Shown here: positions 5,623 to 11,921 of the stretch, one piece after another
How positions within the stretch are numbered: the first letter of the stretch is position 1
How the letters are laid out: each line of letters starts with the position of its first letter
Source: an uncultured Methanosarcinales archaeon
Lineage (GTDB): Archaea; Nanobdellota; Nanobdellia; Woesearchaeales; JAGVZT01
Reading direction: 5' to 3'
DNA: 11,921 bases
Assembly: GCA_964419615.1 (NCBI GenBank)
Contig: CAYQPU010000026.1
Coordinates: 11,781-23,701, forward strand
Translations under genes and position numbers: made by a program
Notes under the pieces: model-generated
What the model saw: only the letters and a program-made list of their open reading frames with translations
Told to the model about the DNA's origin: nothing
Database searches by the model: none

Positions 5623-6923
5623 TTAATATGAAACTAGAAACAGCAAAAGGAGTGAGAGATTTTCCTCCAGAAGAGAAAATAATCAGAGAAAAGGTAGTTA
5701 ATACTCTCAAAACAGTCTTTGAAAAATACGGCTTTAATCCATTTGAACAGCCAATCATAGAAAAACTTGATGTACTAACAGCAAAGTTTGGAGCAGGAGA
5801 ATCCTCAGATGTTTACAAAGAAATCTTTAAACTTACAGATCAGGGAGAAAGAAAATTAGGGCTTAGGTTTGAACTAACGCTTGGACTATGCAGATACATA
5901 GCCATGAACCCAAAAATAAAACTTCCTTTCAAACGCTATGAAATAGGTCGGGTATACAGAGATGGGCCAATCAAGCTTGGCAGATACAGAGAATTCTGGC
6001 AATGTGATGTTGACATAGTTGGAACAGGTTCAATGATAGCAGATGCAGAAATCATTGGAATTTTGGCAGAAGCATTTGAAAAACTTGAGTTTGATGTTGA
6101 AATTGAGGTAAGTAATAGAAAGCTATTAGACGGAATGCTAGAACAAGCAGGAGTAAAAGAATCTTTAAGAAAAAAAGCTATGATAAGCATTGACAAACTA
6201 AAAAAAATAGGGATAAAGGGCGTAGCACAAGAACTAGAAGAGAGTAAAATAAGTAATGATTCAATATCTAAATTAAAAGAACTTTTAGCAATAAAAGGTT
6301 CAAACCTAGAAAAATTATCACAATTAGATAAAGCAATTAATAATGAAATTGGCAAACAAGGTTTAAAAGAGCTAAAAGAAATATTTGAGTACACAAAGGC
6401 AATTGGCACTAAAAATATTATTTTTAACCAGACACTTGCCAGAGGACTTGCTTACTACACAGGCCCTGTGTTTGAAGTATTTTTGAAGAACTCAAAAATC
6501 ACTTCAAGTGTCGCTGGCGGTGGAAGATATGATGAATTTATTGGTAACTTCCTTGGCGGAAAAAAGCAAATACCTGCAACAGGAGTTGCATTTGGCCTTG
6601 AGCCAATCACAGAAGCAATCAAACTAAAACAAAAGGATATTCCAAAATCAGTCGCACAAGTCTACGTAATCCCTATCAAAGTTAAAAAACAGGCATTAGA
6701 AATAGTCCAAACCCTAAGGAAGGCAGAGATCAAAGCAGATTTTGATCTAATGGATCGCGGGTTAAGCTCGAACCTGGACTATGCAAATAAGATGGGGATT
6801 CCTTATGTTATTATTGTAGGTCAAAAAGATCTTGACAATAAACAAGTTACTGTTAGGAATATGAAAACCGGGAAAGAGGAGAAAATTGCTCTGGATAAAC
6901 TCACTACAATTAAATTCAACTAA
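5619..6923 (+). CDS. hisS: Histidine--tRNA ligase (archaeal/eukaryotic type); start at GTG 5619 or ATG 5628
   Basis: KGVRDF, LRFELT, RVYRDGP...GRYREFWQCDVDIVG, ARGLAYYTG, GGGRYD, GVAFGLE and a C-terminal anticodon-binding domain. Confidence 0.96.
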   Translation: MINMKLETAKGVRDFPPEEKIIREKVVNTLKTVFEKYGFNPFEQPIIEKLDVLTAKFGAGESSDVYKEIFKLTDQGERKLGLRFELTLGLCRYIAMNPKIKLPFKRYEIGRVYRDGPIKLGRYREFWQCDVDIVGTGSMIADAEIIGILAEAFEKLEFDVEIEVSNRKLLDGMLEQAGVKESLRKKAMISIDKLKKIGIKGVAQELEESKISNDSISKLKELLAIKGSNLEKLSQLDKAINNEIGKQGLKELKEIFEYTKAIGTKNIIFNQTLARGLAYYTGPVFEVFLKNSKITSSVAGGGRYDEFIGNFLGGKKQIPATGVAFGLEPITEAIKLKQKDIPKSVAQVYVIPIKVKKQALEIVQTLRKAEIKADFDLMDRGLSSNLDYANKMGIPYVIIVGQKDLDNKQVTVRNMKTGKEEKIALDKLTTIKFN

Positions 6924-7205
6924 CTACCTTTTATAGACCTGATCATGATGCCTTAGATTAACAAACAAAATATGATTGTGGTCTTTATCAACTTTAAAGA
7001 TTAATACAAAACTCTTATCAATATATACTCTTTTATATTCACTTAGAGAATATCTCAAATTTTTATATCTATCAATTGATTTTTGATCATTTTCAACAAT
7101 CTTCTTTATCTTTTCGTTTAAAATCACAACTCTTAGTTTATCCTTTTTAACAAGTTTCTTAATTAATAATTTTAACTCATCTGATAAATCAAAATTAAAA
7201 TTCAT
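6924..7205 (-). CDS. RelE/YafQ-like type II toxin
   Basis: 93 aa from ATG 7205, which overlaps the antitoxin stop (ATGA). Basic protein with KNLRYSLSEYKRVYIDKSFVLIF and a C-terminal HHDQVY. Confidence 0.78.
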   Translation of the reverse strand: MNFNFDLSDELKLLIKKLVKKDKLRVVILNEKIKKIVENDQKSIDRYKNLRYSLSEYKRVYIDKSFVLIFKVDKDHNHILFVNLRHHDQVYKR

Positions 7206-7456
7206 TCTAAACCACAAAGCTTGTCTAGCTCCTTAACACTCATCTTCCTATGTCCATACTTTTTGATATGAGCATTACATAATTCAATAGTTTCTAATAC
7301 TATTTCATCATTTACATCCTTGCTTACAAACTCTTCTCCAAAAATATCCGCAAATTTATCAAGAGCTTCTGCTTTATCTCTTAGTCCAAACTTTTCTTTA
7401 ATAACACCCAAAACCCTACTTGTGTACTCATTTACAGTTATACTCATTGAAGTCAT
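7202..7456 (-). CDS. DUF2683-like antitoxin
   Basis: 84 aa, ITVNEYTSRVLGVIKEKFGLRDKAEAL (RHH-like N-terminus). RBS AGGTGA, and the gene lies directly upstream of the toxin. Confidence 0.72.
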   Translation of the reverse strand: MTSMSITVNEYTSRVLGVIKEKFGLRDKAEALDKFADIFGEEFVSKDVNDEIVLETIELCNAHIKKYGHRKMSVKELDKLCGLE

Positions 7457-7503
7457 TTAAAATCACCTTGGCTAATTTAATGTGACTTGGTATCAATTTG
7501 AAT

Positions 7504-7588
7504 TATTTAAATCTTTTGTTTCGGATGTTCCATTTGTGGAACAATTGTTCCATTAAATATAGTTGTAATAAACAAAACATATTTAAGG
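7504..7588. promoter_or_regulatory. Divergent promoter region with a three-heptamer (TGTTCCA) operator
   Basis: Minus-strand BRE/TATA at 7518-7504 and plus-strand AAAAC-ATATTTAA near 7574-7586. TGTTCCA (7526-7532), TGGAACA (7537-7543) and TGTTCCA (7546-7552); 7537-7552 is a perfect 16-bp palindrome. Confidence 0.65.
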
Positions 7589-7609
7589 GAACACAACACA
7601 ACTCTTCTT

Positions 7610-8158
7610 GTGATAAGAAAATACGCCTTATTCAAGGTCTTTGAATGCCTAAGAAACACAGATCAAGAAGAATCAGTTAGGTCATTAGCAAGAAAAGCAG
7701 AAGTAGGAGTTGCAACATCCAAAAGATGTCTGGATTATTTATTTGAAAATAAAGTTGTGAAGCGAAAGGTGATTGGCAGGTTATATCAGTATCAGTTAGA
7801 TCAAGAAAACTTTCTAACAAGGCAATTAAAAACAACAATGTCTTTGGCAGAAATTAGAAAATCCGGACTCATCGAAGAAATTTTGGAAAAACAACCAAAT
7901 GTTTTATCAATTGTGTTATATGGATCAGTATCAACTGGAAAGGACACAATGAAAAGTGATATTGATCTATTAATCATCTCAACAAATAAGTTAAAAATTG
8001 GGTTGTTAAAATCAGAAAAAACCCTAAAAAGAGAATTATCAATAATTAACTATTCTCATTCAGAATGGAGGAAAAAATCTTTAACAGACAAACCCTTCTA
8101 TGACTCTGTAATCACAGAAGGAACACGCCTTTTTGGTGAGATGCCTGTGGTGAGATAG
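7610..8158 (+). CDS. Winged-HTH fused to a minimal nucleotidyltransferase (MNT antitoxin)
   Basis: N-terminal HTH SVRSLARKAEVGVATSKRCLDYL and MNT motif LYGSVSTGKDTMKSDIDLLII (GSx10DxD). Probable leaderless GTG start. Confidence 0.85.
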   Translation: MIRKYALFKVFECLRNTDQEESVRSLARKAEVGVATSKRCLDYLFENKVVKRKVIGRLYQYQLDQENFLTRQLKTTMSLAEIRKSGLIEEILEKQPNVLSIVLYGSVSTGKDTMKSDIDLLIISTNKLKIGLLKSEKTLKRELSIINYSHSEWRKKSLTDKPFYDSVITEGTRLFGEMPVVR

Positions 8159-8577
8159 TGAATTTACATGAGTGCTTTGAAAAAGGTCTATTAAAAAAAG
8201 AAGTTCCAAATAAGGATAAATCCAGAAAATCAATTCAAATAGCCAAACATAAATTAAATCTAGCAAAAAAACTATGCAAACTAAATATTTTTGAAGAGGC
8301 TGTCACAAATTCATACTCTGCAATGTTTCATGCAGCAAGATCTTTACTGTTTAAAGACGGGATCAGGGAAAAAAGTCATTATGGCCTGTTTGTGTATCTG
8401 AGGGAAGAATATTCAAATAAATTTGAAAAAAGATTTCTAACAGAATTAAATGCCTTAAGACTTGAAAGACACAAAATAAGCTATGGTCTGGAAACCACAA
8501 AAATTACCAAAGAAGAGGCCAATACAATAGTTGAAGTAGCGGCTGAATTTTTGGTTGCTGTTGAAAAGCTTAAATAA
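8158..8577 (+). CDS. HEPN domain protein (toxin partner of the MNT)
   Basis: AVTNSYSAMFHAARSLL...REKSH; 139 aa. The start overlaps the MNT stop, the usual MNT-HEPN arrangement. Confidence 0.85.
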   Translation: MNLHECFEKGLLKKEVPNKDKSRKSIQIAKHKLNLAKKLCKLNIFEEAVTNSYSAMFHAARSLLFKDGIREKSHYGLFVYLREEYSNKFEKRFLTELNALRLERHKISYGLETTKITKEEANTIVEVAAEFLVAVEKLK

Positions 8578-8642
8578 TGTACATTCTAAATCAAGCTTAA
8601 ACAAAAACATTTAAAACTAACTTCAATCTACTCCAAGCAATA

Positions 8643-9878
8643 ATGAAAGAAGCAATTAATGATCTCCTTTTACAAGTAAGCTATAGTTCAATCACAGTCT
8701 TTAGTTGGAGCTTTGTCTTCTTGTTTTTTCTTTCAAACAACATTTCTTACACTCAGATGCTCATCTTTTACTTAATAGTGTGTGCAGTTGCATTAATTGT
8801 ATCATTATTAATGAAAAAATTCATTACATCAAAGATGATCGCATTCTCGCTGTTGTTTAGAATAGCAACTTATGCAGCCATAATTAAGCTCGTTTCAGTA
8901 AATCAAATTTATGTTGCAGGAATTGCATTTGGAGTATTTATCCCATTATTCTGGGTTCCGTACAAAATTAACCTGTTCAAGCATAGTAAGAAAGAAAACA
9001 CTGCTACTTTGTGTGGTGTAATGTCAATCATTTACCCAACACTTAGACTATTCTTACCAATTGTTGGTGCTTTTGTCATTAAAAGTTTTGGTTATGATTT
9101 ACTATTTCAAATAAGTATTGTTGCATTAGTAGCTGTGGCATTTTTTGCCATGAGAGCGAAACCTCAAAAAGTTGATTTTGATTTCAAAGAATCGCTAACA
9201 AAAACAAAAAACATCAATAAATTAATTTTTATTGAGGGAATGACCACAACATTAGCTTGGATGATAGTTCCATTAGTCACACTACAATTTGTTCAGGAAG
9301 CAATCAGCTTTGGATTATTCATAACAACAACTAGTTTTTTTGGAGTTATGGCTGCAATACTAATGGCCAGACACTCAGATAAAAAACAAGAAAGAGTAGA
9401 ATATATCTACCCTGCAGCAATAGCAGCAAGTTTACTATTTTTTGCAGCTGCATTTTCAAAATCAATTGTAGTCTGGACCATCTTAATTGGTATGGCAACA
9501 TTCGCATCCAGAATTCTCAACCCATTTTATGAGGCAGTTGTTTTAGATAAAAGAAAAAATCTGCACAACAGCATGCACTCACGAGAAATATTAATCAATC
9601 TTGGAAGAACAGTTGCAATGGTATTCATCTTAGCGTGCTATCTTGTATTTGATAATCTGAGAATCCCCTTGGCAATTCTCTCACTTGTTGGTTTATACTA
9701 TCCATATTACTTAAGTAAACATAAAATCTACAAAAACAGTGAATCAATCAAAACATACGTAAAAAACAAAGCAACAAATATTACAAGTAAAGCATTTCTT
9801 AGAACACATTTCTTCCTACCGAAAACCAATGATAAGCTTAAATGGACTTGGAAATATATTAAGGATAAAATCAAGTGA
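8643..9878 (+). CDS. Major facilitator superfamily transporter
   Basis: 411 aa with about 12 hydrophobic segments in two halves, MARHSDKKQER in the second-half loop motif, and a basic C-terminal tail. Upstream CAAAAAC-ATTTAAAA promoter-like motif near 8602-8616. Confidence 0.8.
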   Translation: MKEAINDLLLQVSYSSITVFSWSFVFLFFLSNNISYTQMLIFYLIVCAVALIVSLLMKKFITSKMIAFSLLFRIATYAAIIKLVSVNQIYVAGIAFGVFIPLFWVPYKINLFKHSKKENTATLCGVMSIIYPTLRLFLPIVGAFVIKSFGYDLLFQISIVALVAVAFFAMRAKPQKVDFDFKESLTKTKNINKLIFIEGMTTTLAWMIVPLVTLQFVQEAISFGLFITTTSFFGVMAAILMARHSDKKQERVEYIYPAAIAASLLFFAAAFSKSIVVWTILIGMATFASRILNPFYEAVVLDKRKNLHNSMHSREILINLGRTVAMVFILACYLVFDNLRIPLAILSLVGLYYPYYLSKHKIYKNSESIKTYVKNKATNITSKAFLRTHFFLPKTNDKLKWTWKYIKDKIK

Positions 9879-9902
9879 AAAATCTATTTTTTGAAATAAA
9901 AG

Positions 9903-10117
9903 GACGGTAGCCGGGATTTTCACATAAACTTTCAAAAGCTGATAGGGGGCTAAGCGAACAAAGAGAGCGCATGCCGCCTTACCTTTGATCAAATCCACGA
10001 AAACAAAGTTTTCGGGACACGGAAATTATTAATTTCCCGCGCTTTGTAAAAGTTTGATTTGAACCCGGGCCGCAAGATCCACAGTCTTGAATGCTGCCAT
10101 GCTACACTACTACCGTC
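9903..10117 (-). tRNA. tRNA-His(GUG) #2 with a 141-nt BHB intron in the T-loop at 59/60 (intron 10057-9917); G-1 encoded, CCA not encoded
   Basis: G-1:C73; acceptor ACGGTAG/CTACCGT; D-arm GTGT-AGCATGGCA-GCAT; anticodon arm CAAGA-CTGTGGA-TCTTG; T-arm CCGGG-TTCAAA|T-CCCGG. BHB: central helix TTCA/TGAA, both bulges AA|T. Confidence 0.92.
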
Positions 10118-10142
10118 AATATTCATAGTGATATCTAAACTA

Positions 10143-10150
10143 TATTTAAA
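10143..10150 (-). promoter_or_regulatory. TATA box of tRNA-His #2
   Basis: TTTAAATA, about 26 nt upstream of G-1 at 10117. Confidence 0.6.
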
Positions 10151-10176
10151 TTTAGCGGAAAAGTAATAAAAAACTA

Positions 10177-11292
10177 TTAACCAACTTGAGCTTGAAGATT
10201 TCCAATTGAGTCAATGGTTGGCAATGGCATATCATACACTTCTGTTGGAAACAAACCCTTTACTTTAATTGCACTCCCATCAGCCTGTTCAATAGCATGT
10301 TTCCATTTGAAAAAATCTCCATTTGATAAATTGATACCACTAGTAGCAAGTAAGAAGTCATCTCTAGCTTCAAACTGAGAATATGGTAAATTCAAATTCC
10401 TAATATCTCTTCTGTACATAAACTTCCCTGAAGGTGTTGCAAACAAGTCTGCATAAAATACATCATCAACAAAATGCCCACCAATTGTTATCTCAGATCC
10501 AATTGCAGCTGACAAAGCAACGTGAATATTAACATCATATGCTTCTTTCTCATCAATAACTTTCATTTCAGCTCTTTGTCCACAAGGAATATCTTCTGTA
10601 ATAGGATAATGGAAAAACCTATCATCATCAAGTCCAGTTTCTGGGTATGACCTATACTCACCGTGTATATTTGTATCATCATTAGAAAGTAAAAAATTTA
10701 TGCTATCATCAAAACTTGCATGAAAGGATAGTTTGGCTTTTGTGACAACATACTTACCTTCAACATCTGTATTAGGTAAATCTTCAAATGGAACAAAAAT
10801 TGCATCTCTTGGTTTATAAAAAACAAACGGATGTTCTGTCCATTCTGCTTCAGCTTTAACATAATTACCATAGATTGTAGCAACATGTGCAAGTTCTCCT
10901 CTAAGACCAACAGGTAGTCTTTGGTTAAAAACATTTGAGTCAAGATATCCTTCTTTAGCCAATTTACTAACAGTCTCATTAAATTCAATAACTCTTGCAT
11001 TTAATTTCTGAACGCAAGATTCCAACTCTGCTCCTGTCTCTTCAACTTTTCCTGCAACATTGGGTAGAATGTCTTCCCATTCACTTCCACACCTTTGAAC
11101 TAATTTGTCAAATTCAGTTGGAGACATACTACTTGGGTACTCACTAGGCTGAATCCCATGAAAAAAAGATTCTGCAATAACTTTTGCATCCTCAAAAAGA
11201 CTATCAGACCATTGGTAGTTTCTAACTGTATCAAGGAACAAGAATCTTGGAAGAAAATTAAATCTTGTTTCTGCATAACCCGCAACTTTCAT
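10177..11292 (-). CDS. Hypothetical acidic protein (371 aa), possibly N-terminally truncated
   Basis: Long ORF with protein-like composition and a coiled-coil-like segment (ELESCVQKLNARVIEFNETVSKL). No family motif recognised. Confidence 0.75.
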   Translation of the reverse strand: MKVAGYAETRFNFLPRFLFLDTVRNYQWSDSLFEDAKVIAESFFHGIQPSEYPSSMSPTEFDKLVQRCGSEWEDILPNVAGKVEETGAELESCVQKLNARVIEFNETVSKLAKEGYLDSNVFNQRLPVGLRGELAHVATIYGNYVKAEAEWTEHPFVFYKPRDAIFVPFEDLPNTDVEGKYVVTKAKLSFHASFDDSINFLLSNDDTNIHGEYRSYPETGLDDDRFFHYPITEDIPCGQRAEMKVIDEKEAYDVNIHVALSAAIGSEITIGGHFVDDVFYADLFATPSGKFMYRRDIRNLNLPYSQFEARDDFLLATSGINLSNGDFFKWKHAIEQADGSAIKVKGLFPTEVYDMPLPTIDSIGNLQAQVG

Positions 11293-11338
11293 TATAACTT
11301 CACCATAATCTCCGGTTGGAACAATTGGGTCAGGCTCA

Positions 11339-11494
11339 GTGACTTATAATGATAAGAAAAAACTGTTTAAGCACATTGGAGGTATAATCTATAATTGTGT
11401 AGATAATAATGGGTACACATATCTAGCAGACGAACTAAGAAACAGTTTAAGAGATTTTCAAGTACATATTGCTTATTCATTGGTGGGGTACTAA
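11339..11494 (+). CDS. Small hypothetical protein, 51 aa from GTG (TYNDKKKLFKHIGGIIYNCVD...SLVGY); start uncertain
   Basis: Frame is open from 11309 to the TAA at 11492-11494 and abuts the next ORF. No clear RBS. Confidence 0.45.
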   Translation: MTYNDKKKLFKHIGGIIYNCVDNNGYTYLADELRNSLRDFQVHIAYSLVGY

Positions 11495-11495
11495 A

Positions 11496-11627
11496 ATGAC
11501 TGCATATTGTAAAAAACATAAGCAACTTTATTTCACAAGTTTAGGTACTGCACAAATTGAAGAATACAAACTAAAAGGAATTGCTCTACCTGATGAGCGA
11601 TGCCCAAAATGTAAAAAGGAGGAATAA
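11496..11627 (+). CDS. 43-aa putative zinc-binding mini-protein (CKKH...CPKC)
   Basis: MTAYCKKHKQLYFTSLGTAQIEEYKLKGIALPDERCPKCKKEE. RBS-like GGTGGGGT at 11482-11489. Confidence 0.65.
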   Translation: MTAYCKKHKQLYFTSLGTAQIEEYKLKGIALPDERCPKCKKEE

Positions 11628-11629
11628 AA

Positions 11630-11921
11630 ATGGGAGCATTAAAAAACATGAATCGGAAAGCAGAAGATATAGTCGATAACAAGTTCAAAAATTTGTTATT
11701 GAAAGGCAACTGGCCAGAAGTACAATACAGAAAACATAGCTGTGGATCTTCATTTAATTTGATTGAATATTCCACAGTAAGGAGTAGGTTTGTTAAATCT
11801 GTACATGATAGGTTAGTTAAAAAAGGGATAGAATACGGGTTATGGCAAAACGCAAGGAACAAAAATTATTTGGATGCAGTAAAAGATATAGTTGATCGCT
11901 TAACACCTGATCAAGTTAATA
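11630..11921 (+). CDS. Hypothetical protein, 5' part (runs off the window)
   Basis: Strong RBS AAGGAGG (11616-11622). MGALKNMNRKAEDIVDNKFKNLLLKGNWPEVQY... stays open to the window end, so it is absent from the ORF track. Confidence 0.7.
   Translation, partial: MGALKNMNRKAEDIVDNKFKNLLLKGNWPEVQYRKHSCGSSFNLIEYSTVRSRFVKSVHDRLVKKGIEYGLWQNARNKNYLDAVKDIVDRLTPDQVN

Noticed and set aside
3648-6409. Minus-strand ORFs 3648-3869, 4295-4486 and 5936-6409
   Set aside because: Antisense to the radical SAM, ridA and hisS genes; no motifs.
5619-6923. Altered-specificity HisRS (RFELT, RGLAYYT)
   Set aside because: Both variants fall within the natural variation I recall for HisRS (RPEGT/RYDLT). The sequence alone gives no support for a changed amino-acid specificity.
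2728-9903. Integrated element bounded by the two tRNA-His genes (attL/attR)
   Set aside because: The tRNAs are inverted and divergent in sequence, neither 3' end is duplicated, and there is no integrase in the window.
8081-11862. ORFs 8081-8266, 9816-9998, 10698-11000, 11100-11285, 11158-11349 and 11533-11862
   Set aside because: They overlap better-supported genes or tRNA-His #2 in other frames. 11533-11862 is antisense to RBS-supported plus-strand ORFs.
1-11921. CRISPR array, rRNA or transposase
   Set aside because: No regularly spaced repeat-spacer units, rRNA signature sequences or transposase motifs were seen.

Overview
AT-rich archaeal chromosomal segment, most likely from a DPANN-type archaeon. 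This is inferred from BRE/TATA promoters, GGTGA/GGAGG ribosome-binding sites, bulge-helix-bulge (BHB) tRNA introns, an archaeal/eukaryotic-type HisRS and a DUF2683-like antitoxin. In order, the window holds: the 3' end of a probable purA coupled to an FAD-dependent oxidoreductase; a small histone-H1-like basic protein; and an ~890-bp 'intergenic' region that contains a promoter, mini-ORFs and two highly structured elements. Next come tRNA-His(GUG) #1 (84-nt intron at 37/38), a 20-aa ORF with a strong RBS, and a tightly coupled operon: radical SAM - RidA - HisC-like PLP aminotransferase - HisRS. Two divergent toxin-antitoxin modules (DUF2683/RelE-like and wHTH-MNT/HEPN), an MFS transporter, a second, sequence-divergent tRNA-His(GUG) (141-nt T-loop intron at 59/60), an orphan 371-aa gene and a run of small ORFs follow. 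The most interesting signal is a histidine-centred cassette. Two ~20-aa ORFs missed by the ORF track share the motif KAxKxAxxVH and sit upstream of the radical SAM operon, together with an extra tRNA-His and HisRS. The sequence features are directly visible; the functional interpretation (RiPP-like His modification, His-responsive control, or modified-His biosynthesis) is a hypothesis.
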